Shown here: positions 1-6,381 of the stretch, piece by piece
Numbering within the stretch: position 1 is the first letter of the stretch
Layout of the letters: each line of letters opens with the position of its first letter
Source of the DNA: a virus
Taxonomy: Duplodnaviria; Caudoviricetes
Length of the DNA: 58,222 nt
IMG/VR virus record: IMGVR_UViG_3300046009_003881
Coordinates: 1-58,222 of that record
Reading direction: 5' to 3' (one strand)
Translations under genes and position numbers: made by a program
Notes under the pieces: generated by a model
The model's database searches: none
What the model was told of the DNA's origin: nothing
The model's input: only the letters and a program-made list of their open reading frames with translations

Positions 1-3
1 GAA

Positions 4-129
4 TCTTTAGAGTTTCCATAATCAATTAACTCTCGTGCTTGTTCATCTAATTCTGCACACAAGTCTTTTAATATTTTGTATTCTAATTTTTCTTTAGCCA
101 TCTTGATTTGATTTGTGTCTCCTTAAGGA
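4..129. repeat. Terminal direct repeat, left copy (126 bp), identical to 58097-58222; indicates circular closure of the contig
   Basis: Direct comparison of both ends; only the first 3 nt (gaa vs ttt) differ. Confidence 0.95.
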
Positions 130-132
130 GAC
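117..132. repeat. Intergenic dyad GTCTC-CTTAAG-GAGAC (copy 1)
   Basis: Perfect 16-bp palindrome, 15 nt upstream of the - strand ATG at 101. Confidence 0.9.
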
Positions 133-146
133 GGTTTGTTTTTTGA

Positions 147-398
147 TCAGACAATCTTCCGAGAAGTTATGCCGTCCTTTATTATGGTGTAACTCTGATT
201 AAAGCTATGCCATTCCTTACCAAGGTATAACTCTGTCGGTTTCATAGCAACGATTCGCTTTGATTCGTACATCCTAACGTGTACGTTAACACTTCCGATA
301 CTAGTCACCATTCCAATTGGTTCACCATCACCGCCAATCAAGTACACTTCGTCACATTTGATGAAATGTCCTACAGTAAACATTGTATTGTCAATCAT
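147..398 (-). CDS. Hypothetical early protein (~83 aa)
   Basis: ORF 147..452; ATG at 398 overlaps the stop of the upstream gene (ATGA). Confidence 0.6.
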   Translation of the reverse strand: MIDNTMFTVGHFIKCDEVYLIGGDGEPIGMVTSIGSVNVHVRMYESKRIVAMKPTELYLGKEWHSFNQSYTIIKDGITSRKIV

Positions 399-622
399 TT
401 GATTATTTGTTTTAGTTCTGTTTTGATTCTCTTTGCTGTCTCTCCTCTCCAAGTGGATGCATTCGCAAGGAAGTAGATGATGATGGTCTTCGCGTCATCA
501 TCGTAGTACTTATCATTGATAGTTCGAAGATTGAACATCACTTCTAGGTAAGGAACAGCGCCATAGTTTACGTTCTTCCAATCGCTTGCAATCTCCATTG
601 CAATTTCATTAATGTTTCTCAT
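395..622 (-). CDS. Conserved small phage protein (75 aa; YFLANASTWRGETAKRIK motif)
   Basis: ORF track; motif recalled from small phage early proteins. Confidence 0.75.
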   Translation of the reverse strand: MRNINEIAMEIASDWKNVNYGAVPYLEVMFNLRTINDKYYDDDAKTIIIYFLANASTWRGETAKRIKTELKQIIK

Positions 623-641
623 AATAAATTTCCAGTTTTGT

Positions 642-657
642 GTCTCCTTAAGGAGAC
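642..657. repeat. Intergenic dyad GTCTC-CTTAAG-GAGAC (copy 2)
   Basis: Perfect palindrome between stop at 668-670 and ATG at 622. Confidence 0.9.
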
Positions 658-667
658 GGTTATTATT

Positions 668-838
668 TTATTCGCAGTCACATAGAAAGTCATCGTACTT
701 AAACTCTCCTGTCTCTATCCATTTGAGGACTTCTCCTTCGCAAGCATAGTCAATGCCTTCTTCGACAATGGTGTACCCTTGGTCGGTTTCAACTACCGTT
801 CCGCATAGGATGTATAGTGCTAAGATTATTTTTGCCAT
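668..838 (-). CDS. Small acidic hypothetical protein (56 aa, MAKIILALYILCGTVVETDQG...), not in ORF track
   Basis: Manual translation; fills the space between two dyad repeats. Confidence 0.65.
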   Translation of the reverse strand: MAKIILALYILCGTVVETDQGYTIVEEGIDYACEGEVLKWIETGEFKYDDFLCDCE

Positions 839-854
839 CTTGATTTTGATTTAT

Positions 855-870
855 GTCTCCTTGAAGAGAC
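855..870. repeat. Intergenic dyad GTCTC-CTTGAA-GAGAC (copy 3)
   Basis: Between stop at 874-876 and ATG at 838. Confidence 0.9.
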
Positions 871-873
871 GGT

Positions 874-1008
874 TTATTTGTGCCAAGCGCATCCATCTTG
901 TCCATACATCTTGGACTTTGAATAGTGCGAGTGATTAAGTGTGTGCTTACTGTTTGTGCAAGATGCTAGTACGATGACTGCAATTGCTAGTGCGATTAGT
1001 TTTTTCAT
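874..1008 (-). CDS. Small lipoprotein (44 aa, MKKLIALAIAVIVLASC...), not in ORF track
   Basis: Manual translation; signal peptide II with LASC lipobox. Confidence 0.7.
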   Translation of the reverse strand: MKKLIALAIAVIVLASCTNSKHTLNHSHYSKSKMYGQDGCAWHK

Positions 1009-1009
1009 C

Positions 1010-1222
1010 TTAGTATAGGTCATTAGGTTTTACTCCATAAACTTCATAGAAGCATCTCTCACATTCGATATCACTGCCGTCAGTCTTCTCGATGCATTGC
1101 TCTAGCTTACGTTCATTGTTCTTGTCAATCGTATCCGTGATTGTGATTACGATGATGACTGATACTGCTATCGCCATTGCTACAGCGATGAATACCATAA
1201 TCTGTTCTAAGGTCTGTCTCAT
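1010..1222 (-). CDS. Small membrane-anchored protein (70 aa, N-terminal TM helix, CxxC)
   Basis: ORF track; hydrophobic residues ~8-28. Confidence 0.7.
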   Translation of the reverse strand: MRQTLEQIMVFIAVAMAIAVSVIIVITITDTIDKNNERKLEQCIEKTDGSDIECERCFYEVYGVKPNDLY

Positions 1223-1425
1223 AATGTATTCTGTTTGATTTGATTTGATACGTAGTTATTGTAGTAGGATGTATACTTTGCGTACACTTTTCCGTATGCC
1301 CTATCCCATAGGCATTCATCACCGATGTGAATTTTTTCTCCCGTCAGAGAGCATTCTGACTCGAACTTTGCCCGAATCAAAATACTTTCCTCTGCTAGGT
1401 GTGATGGTCTTCTGTAGATGCTCAT
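1219..1425 (-). CDS. Hypothetical protein (68 aa)
   Basis: ORF track; ATGA overlap with next gene. Confidence 0.65.
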   Translation of the reverse strand: MSIYRRPSHLAEESILIRAKFESECSLTGEKIHIGDECLWDRAYGKVYAKYTSYYNNYVSNQIKQNTL

Positions 1426-1426
1426 A

Positions 1427-1672
1427 TTAAATTTCCAGGTTTTCGTCTCTTCGAATAGACGGTGTGCTGTAAGTCTTTGACCAATGGTATTTCTCCAAGG
1501 TCTGTTCGTTTATAACTTCAACTTCCCATCCATCGAATCTCAATGCTCTGTTGATGGAATTATGTTGCTTGTTGATTAGGTATCCGAATGCTTCGATGTC
1601 TGATTTCTGCTCAGAGAACGTCTTTCTTAGGACGTTCTCTTGGTAGATGTTAACTGTGAATGTGTTTGCCAT
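1427..1672 (-). CDS. Hypothetical protein (81 aa)
   Basis: ORF track; tightly packed, ATG 17 nt from dyad copy 4. Confidence 0.7.
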   Translation of the reverse strand: MANTFTVNIYQENVLRKTFSEQKSDIEAFGYLINKQHNSINRALRFDGWEVEVINEQTLEKYHWSKTYSTPSIRRDENLEI

Positions 1673-1689
1673 TTTGAGTTTGGTATTTT

Positions 1690-1705
1690 GTCTCCTTAAA
1701 GAGAC
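1690..1705. repeat. Intergenic dyad GTCTC-CTTAAA-GAGAC (copy 4)
   Basis: Upstream stop TAA (1708-1710) sits 2 nt from the dyad. Confidence 0.9.
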
Positions 1706-1707
1706 GG

Positions 1708-1842
1708 TTACTTTGATTTTTGAAAGGTTAGAAAGATTGAACTGAACAGTGACAGTACTGAGATTCCGAATAGTAGTAGGTCACCGATGAATGCACTAGC
1801 TATCAGACAAGCTAGTGATGAGATAAGAGCGAATGTTTTCAT
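1708..1842 (-). CDS. Small hydrophobic membrane protein (44 aa, MKTFALISSLACLIASAFIGD...), not in ORF track
   Basis: Manual translation; two hydrophobic segments; fills the space between two dyads. Confidence 0.65.
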   Translation of the reverse strand: MKTFALISSLACLIASAFIGDLLLFGISVLSLFSSIFLTFQKSK

Positions 1843-1858
1843 ATCGATTTGGTATTAT

Positions 1859-1874
1859 GTCTCCTTGAAGAGAC
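1859..1874. repeat. Intergenic dyad GTCTC-CTTGAA-GAGAC (copy 5)
   Basis: Upstream stop TAA (1877-1879) sits 2 nt from the dyad. Confidence 0.9.
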
Positions 1875-1876
1875 GG

Positions 1877-2494
1877 TTATTTTGTAAAGTTTAGTTTGAA
1901 GAATGCGAATGCTTGCTCAATCTCTTCGATTGTGTTCGTAGTGATTTGCTTCCCTTCTGAGTCTATTCTCAAAGAGACGTTTTTACCCATATCCAAAGCG
2001 CTCGCTCTGAATGAGAAGTTCATTATGTCGGATACCTTTTCTTTAACAGTGTTCTTGCTTTCGTCACCGTCACCGTCACCGTCACCTTCGCTTGTCTCTG
2101 CCTTGTTTCCATCAGCGAAGTCTAGCAGACCTTTGATTGACTTTTCCACACGTTTTCCCTCTGATTTTAGCTTGTCGCATTGGCTAATGAAGTCTTCCAC
2201 AAGCGCAGAGTTTTCTTCCAAGATTAAACCTGCATCCTTCATTCTGTGCAATTGTGCCTTTTCCCATCCGAAGATTGCCATCGAAAAGTCAGTTACTTTC
2301 CATTTAATACCTTCCGCTTTCAATTGCGCTTTGCCTTCATCAGATGAATACCAACGATATGCGCTGAGAACGTAGGGTGCTAACTCCAAACTCGCTTGAA
2401 ATTTCTTGTCTGATGCATTTGAGATTGCCTTTTGTAGCTTTTGAATTTTCGCAAGACCAAGTGTGTTTGCGATTGTTTTTGAAATGTTTGTCAT
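1877..2494 (-). CDS. First gene of the leftward early operon; hypothetical protein (205 aa) with an acidic GD-repeat linker
   Basis: ORF track; A-rich leader; tandem TCACCG units at ~2065-2086. Confidence 0.8.
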   Translation of the reverse strand: MTNISKTIANTLGLAKIQKLQKAISNASDKKFQASLELAPYVLSAYRWYSSDEGKAQLKAEGIKWKVTDFSMAIFGWEKAQLHRMKDAGLILEENSALVEDFISQCDKLKSEGKRVEKSIKGLLDFADGNKAETSEGDGDGDGDESKNTVKEKVSDIMNFSFRASALDMGKNVSLRIDSEGKQITTNTIEEIEQAFAFFKLNFTK

Positions 2495-2526
2495 TTGAAT
2501 AAAGTATTAAATTGTTATTGTATTGC

Positions 2527-2542
2527 GTCTCTTTAATGAGAC
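2527..2542. repeat. Dyad GTCTC-TTTAAT-GAGAC (copy 6); flanking bases inverted relative to other copies
   Basis: Reads cGTCTC...GAGACa instead of tGTCTC...GAGACg. Confidence 0.8.
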
Positions 2543-2545
2543 AGT

Positions 2546-2617
2546 TAGCGACAAGGAGTAGACTCGAACTACTCTACAGAATTATCGTCACAGATGCATC
2601 TGTTCTCCTATCTTGCC
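2546..2617 (-). ncRNA. tRNA-like structure (T-arm plus acceptor-like stem, no canonical D or anticodon arm)
   Basis: Minus strand GAGTAG-TTCGAGT-CTACTC; GGCAAG pairs with CTTGTC; ~70 nt span. Confidence 0.4.
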
Positions 2618-2670
2618 TAGGGTATGACTTTTTTGCGCATCACATCACCTATACTTGTCCTATACCAATA

Positions 2671-2680
2671 TGTCAAAGAA
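2671..2680 (-). promoter_or_regulatory. boxA-like antitermination motif TTCTTTGACA
   Basis: Resembles rrn/nut boxA (GCTCTTTAACA; GTTCTTTGA variants); lies in the leader of the long early operon. Confidence 0.35.
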
Positions 2681-2898
2681 TTTCGCCTTTATACTCGTCG
2701 CGTTTCTGAGTAGTCATCTTATCGGAAGTAACACCCTTTCAGCAGTTAGCTACTTCTATGTGTAGGTTGATGACCTAGTCCTTTGTATGTATTTTGTCGG
2801 ATGCATACTCCCCGTCCGTTTAGCATAAGCAAGGCACATCGTTAACCTTTTAGCCTTTAGTGTTTCAGTGACGATTCACCTTCCCTTAAAAGACACGT

Positions 2899-2906
2899 CA
2901 AAGATA
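2899..2906 (-). promoter_or_regulatory. Bacteroidota housekeeping promoter -7 box (TATCTTTG), early leftward operon
   Basis: Matches TAnnTTTG; upstream of all - strand early genes. Confidence 0.55.
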
Positions 2907-3098
2907 TGTCAGTGATGCTTCATTGATACTATTTTTTTCATCTTTCTGTGCCCATTGTTTAACCACTTGTACCCAATAAAATGCATTCTGTGACCAAAGT
3001 TTAAGAAATGCTAAGATCCTTAGCAAAAAGAGACGGGCAAAAAAGCGAGTTTTTAGAGTAATGGCGCAAAAAGTTTGAGTTTATCCAAGGTCTACTAC

Positions 3099-3139
3099 TG
3101 CCGTATCAGTGACGTATTTATGCTGTATCAGTGACGCAT
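3099..3139. repeat. Direct repeat TGCYGTATCAGTGACGYAT x2; core TCAGTGAYG also at 2865 and 2909
   Basis: Seen directly. Confidence 0.75.
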
Positions 3140-3210
3140 ACACCCCCCTCATATGCTCGCCAGTTTTTATGCTAAAATTATTAGCACACAAAATTTGAGT
3201 GACAAGATTC

Positions 3211-3226
3211 GTCTCCTCGAAGAGAC
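3211..3226. repeat. Dyad GTCTC-CTCGAA-GAGAC (copy 7), next to parS
   Basis: cGTCTC/GAGACg arms, 6 nt from parS. Confidence 0.85.
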
Positions 3227-3232
3227 GGGAAT

Positions 3233-3248
3233 TGTTTCACGTGAAACA
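3233..3248. promoter_or_regulatory. parS: parS site TGTTTCACGTGAAACA
   Basis: Exact match to the canonical chromosomal parS palindrome; extends to 18 bp (3232-3249). Confidence 0.85.
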
Positions 3249-3365
3249 AAACGGGGAACGGCAGCAGCACAGAGAGACGGGCAAAGCGGAGACGGGGAAC
3301 GGCAGCGAAACGTTGACAGCAACAGAGACGGCAGCAGCACAGCAGCAGCACAGCAGCAAACGGAA
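3243..3365 (+). repeat. T-depleted low-complexity tract of GAGACGG, ACGGGGAACGGCAGC and CAGCAGCA units
   Basis: Only two T in ~120 nt; GAGACGG at 3274, 3289, 3325. Confidence 0.8.
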
Positions 3366-3484
3366 TCGCCAAAAAGTAGCAGAGAAATTTTGCTTTTCAC
3401 ACCCCCACCCTTTGATTAGGATCGCTTTCGGATTGGGGGTCGGTCGATATAAAACGCTATATAGCCCAACATCTAAATATGTCT

Positions 3485-3492
3485 TATATTTG
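3485..3492 (+). promoter_or_regulatory. Promoter -7 box TATATTTG
   Basis: TAnnTTTG 13 nt upstream of ATG 3506. Confidence 0.55.
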
Positions 3493-3505
3493 TAAAAACT
3501 CTACA

Positions 3506-3697
3506 ATGAACGGACTCAAAGTAATTAACGGCAGACTCATTAATGAGCGCCCAAATGGATTAACTGGCATTCAGGAAGCCGCTAGAAATAGAAAGGAAAT
3601 GAAGCGTCAGGAAAAGATTAGTATGTACTCAGATGCATTCGCTTTAGGTGATATGAAGGCTGAAGTACGTGAAATGGCTATGGGGATCATCTCCTAG
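3506..3697 (+). CDS. Hypothetical protein (63 aa)
   Basis: ORF 3479..3697; start placed at the ATG downstream of the promoter; followed by a terminator. Confidence 0.7.
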   Translation: MNGLKVINGRLINERPNGLTGIQEAARNRKEMKRQEKISMYSDAFALGDMKAEVREMAMGIIS

Positions 3698-3723
3698 TTT
3701 TGTGTTTAATTAGTGATAGTGGG

Positions 3724-3754
3724 GAGAGGGAGGCAAAGGCTTCCCTTTCTTTTT
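3724..3754 (+). terminator. Intrinsic terminator
   Basis: GAGAGGGAGGC-aaag-GCTTCCCTTTC followed by a T run. Confidence 0.65.
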
Positions 3755-3764
3755 CCTAATTATC

Positions 3765-3921
3765 TGTCATAGCTATGCTTTAATTATGTAACTTATCTTA
3801 TTGATTATTAGTTCTATGACAATTATGACAGTTTTAAAGTAAAACTAGATTAATAAAAAATATATATATATATAGAATATATATAGAGAATAGGGGAAGG
3901 AAGAAATTGTCATTTCGACAT
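3765..3921. other. AT-rich origin-like element A (TGAC/GTCA iterons, (AT)n core); homologous to 51272-51429
   Basis: Manual alignment of shared blocks. Confidence 0.55.
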
Positions 3922-3946
3922 TTTTGTTTTGATCAGATTCTTATGT

Positions 3947-3954
3947 TATCTTTG
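3947..3954 (+). promoter_or_regulatory. Promoter -7 box TATCTTTG for groEL-groES
   Basis: TAnnTTTG with upstream TTTG; ATG 20 nt downstream. Confidence 0.6.
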
Positions 3955-3974
3955 TCCCACTAAAATCAAATTAA

Positions 3975-5594
3975 ATGTCAGAACAGATGGGTTATTCTCC
4001 GAAGGACTTACACTTCGATGAATCGGCTAGAGAGAAACTTCTATCCGGTGTAGCAAAAATGTCTAAGGCGGTAAAGAGTACACTTGGTCCAAGTGGTAAC
4101 ACCGTCCTTATCGAATCACCAAATCACACGCACGGTATAACCGTAACCAAGGATGGAGTCACGGTGGCTAGGTCAATTGACTTGCTGGATCCTGTTGAGA
4201 ACCTTGCGGTTAAGATTATGAAGGAGGCTGCGGACCGAACGGCTACTAATGCCGGTGATGGTACAACGACTGCGATTGTCTTGACGGAGGCTCTTGTTAC
4301 AAACGGGGCGAAGTGGATTAGTAATGGATTGAACAGAACGCAGGTGCTGAGAGATATGGTGGAGGTGACGGGCTTAGTGGTGGACAATCTCAAGAAGCAA
4401 TCGATCAAGGTCAGCAACAAGACGCTGCTTGACGTGGCTACAATCTCTGCGAACAATGACAAGTCGATTGGTAAGATAATCTCGGACGTGTACCGCGAGG
4501 TGGGACGTAACGGTGTTGTCACTATAGAGCGATCTCAGAACGACGATACGTACGCTGAGACCACAACGGGAGTTAAGGTTGGGCGTGGCTATTCGTCACC
4601 GATGTTTATCAACGACCAGAAGAAGGACGAGTGTGTGTTTGAGGACGTGTTCGTGTTGGTATCGGATGCCGAGATACATAACGTCCTGCAGATCGAGAGC
4701 ATACTCAAGCCAATCATTCAGGAGGGGAAGAAGCTACTCATCATCGCTCCGTGTGGTGCGAACGTGTTGAACACCTTGGCTGCTAACGTGGTGAAAAATA
4801 AAATTAAGATCTGCGTCATCCAACCGCCATCCTTTGGCTATCGCCAGCACGAGCTGATGCACGACATCGCGGTGAGCGTTGGGGCAACGTACTTCTCGGA
4901 GAAGACCGGTGATGACTTGAGCATCATTAACTTCTCGGACCTAGGTCACGCTGCAAAGATCATCGTTGGGAAATCGGAGACGGTTGTCATCAAGTCCGAG
5001 CTGAAGAGCAAGGAGGACGAGATCAAGGAGCGAGTTGAGCAGATACGTGCGGCTTATGCGAACGCAAAGAAGAAAAGCGACAAGGACTTTTTGCTTGAGC
5101 GAATCGCCTCCCTGACGGGAGGGATCGGAGTGATCTACGTTGGTGGTAACACAGACCTTGAGCATAAGGAGCTATACGATAGGATTGACGATGCGGTGTG
5201 TGCGGTGCGTTCCGCTATCGAGGAGGGGATCCTTCCAGGCGGTGGCAAGGCACTTGTTAACACTGAGCTGTTGATACCGATCAAAGATACTGATAGCAAG
5301 GAGATGGCTGCTGCCAAGACAATTGTCCTCAATGCGGTACTCGAGCCGTGTAGACAGATCCTTGAAAACTCGGGGTATGACTTCGATACGGTCTATCCCT
5401 ATCTAGGAGATAAGCCACGACACGGGATGAACGTGAAGACCGGAGAGATGGGTGACCTAATTCAGATGGGGATCATTGACCCGTTGAAGGTTACACGTAG
5501 CGCGATTCAAAACGCAGTTAGCGTAGCCGTAACTATCCTGTCCACAAACGCGATCGTGACAATGGCTAGATCGTACGAGACAACAAATCTGTAA
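3975..5594 (+). CDS. groEL: Phage chaperonin GroEL/Cpn60 (539 aa)
   Basis: TLGPSG, VTKDGVTVA, GDGTTTA, IEEGILPGGG, GIIDPLKV motifs; no GGM tail. Confidence 0.97.
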   Translation: MSEQMGYSPKDLHFDESAREKLLSGVAKMSKAVKSTLGPSGNTVLIESPNHTHGITVTKDGVTVARSIDLLDPVENLAVKIMKEAADRTATNAGDGTTTAIVLTEALVTNGAKWISNGLNRTQVLRDMVEVTGLVVDNLKKQSIKVSNKTLLDVATISANNDKSIGKIISDVYREVGRNGVVTIERSQNDDTYAETTTGVKVGRGYSSPMFINDQKKDECVFEDVFVLVSDAEIHNVLQIESILKPIIQEGKKLLIIAPCGANVLNTLAANVVKNKIKICVIQPPSFGYRQHELMHDIAVSVGATYFSEKTGDDLSIINFSDLGHAAKIIVGKSETVVIKSELKSKEDEIKERVEQIRAAYANAKKKSDKDFLLERIASLTGGIGVIYVGGNTDLEHKELYDRIDDAVCAVRSAIEEGILPGGGKALVNTELLIPIKDTDSKEMAAAKTIVLNAVLEPCRQILENSGYDFDTVYPYLGDKPRHGMNVKTGEMGDLIQMGIIDPLKVTRSAIQNAVSVAVTILSTNAIVTMARSYETTNL

Positions 5595-5599
5595 TCAAG

Positions 5600-5857
5600 A
5601 TGAAAGCAATTGGAAAAAATATAGTGATCAGAGTCGTTGACGAAGAGATCACAACAGCATCGGGACTACTGCTCTCAGCCGAGGACTCCAACCAAATGCG
5701 CTACAAGCGTGGTGTGGTGGTTAGCCCAGGCACAGAGGTTCCCTTCATCAAGGAGGGCGAGGAGATCTACTACGAGAAGGCGCAGTCGTTTACTATGCTG
5801 ATCGATGGTGAGCAGATGACAATCATCAAGGAGCGTGACGTGGTGCTAGTCCTCTAG
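5600..5857 (+). CDS. groES: Co-chaperonin GroES/Cpn10 (85 aa)
   Basis: TTASGLLL mobile loop, GVVVSPG, IIKERDVVLVL; adjacent to groEL. Confidence 0.92.
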   Translation: MKAIGKNIVIRVVDEEITTASGLLLSAEDSNQMRYKRGVVVSPGTEVPFIKEGEEIYYEKAQSFTMLIDGEQMTIIKERDVVLVL

Positions 5858-6319
5858 CTCGTCCTGCCTAGCCTTGTCCTCAGAGTTTTTCTGACGGATC
5901 TTTCTAAGCTCGGCATTCATTCCCTTGATGTAGTGTCTAAACACCTTGTCGGTGTAGGGAACACGCTTTAAGAACATTGGGTTATTACTTGGACTGACGG
6001 GGATTTCTTCCCCGTTTAGTTTTTTATAGAGGGACCGTATAGCTGCTTTGGTCTTGTAGCTTGTCTCATAGATTGCCCTGGTGTGGCTGTTGCGGTTCCT
6101 GAAGACAACGATCCATCCGTCCTTGAGCAGCCTGTTGAATCTGTTTGGGTCCCATCCCATTAGGGTGTTGTATCCGGCAAAGTCCTCCCTGCTGAAGTAC
6201 TTTTCTGAGTAGAGGAACAGCAGGATGTCTAGATCCGACTGAGTTAGCTTGTACTTTACTTTGATGAATTGGCGCACTACACGCCAGTACTTTAAGTAAT
6301 CGTATTGATATGATTCCAT
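5846..6319 (-). CDS. Putative winged-HTH regulator (157 aa), the only antisense gene in the late arm
   Basis: LTQSDLDILLFL...RFNRLLKDGWIVVF pattern; own TAnnTTTG box at 6336-6343. Confidence 0.65.
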   Translation of the reverse strand: MESYQYDYLKYWRVVRQFIKVKYKLTQSDLDILLFLYSEKYFSREDFAGYNTLMGWDPNRFNRLLKDGWIVVFRNRNSHTRAIYETSYKTKAAIRSLYKKLNGEEIPVSPSNNPMFLKRVPYTDKVFRHYIKGMNAELRKIRQKNSEDKARQDELED

Positions 6320-6335
6320 TGAATTTAATTTATTA

Positions 6336-6353
6336 CAAAAATACATATCTTTG
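6336..6353. promoter_or_regulatory. Back-to-back divergent -7 boxes: TATTTTTG (-, 6336-6343) and TATCTTTG (+, 6346-6353)
   Basis: Quasi-palindrome TTACAAAAATACATATCTTTGTAA between divergent ATGs. Confidence 0.6.
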
Positions 6354-6381
6354 TAACTCTAAATAATAAAAACAAAAATCG

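Noticed and set aside
4-129. Physical terminal repeat of the virion DNA
   Set aside because: The 126-bp overlap starts mid-gene and has the size of an assembler overlap; it shows circularity only.
117-1874. Synthetic Golden Gate cloning scars
   Set aside because: Sites are retained rather than removed, vary naturally and include degenerate copies; no vector or marker sequence is present.
117-2542. CRISPR array interpretation of the palindromic repeats
   Set aside because: Repeats are only ~20 bp, spacers are 169-1125 bp and contain whole genes, and no cas genes are present.
2546-2617. Functional tRNA gene
   Set aside because: No canonical D arm or 7-nt anticodon loop; kept only as a tRNA-like element.
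3153-3495. ORFs 3153..3419, 3167..3400, 3181..3372 and 3199..3495
   Set aside because: They stay open because the tract is low-complexity and T-poor; they overlap parS and have no convincing start context.
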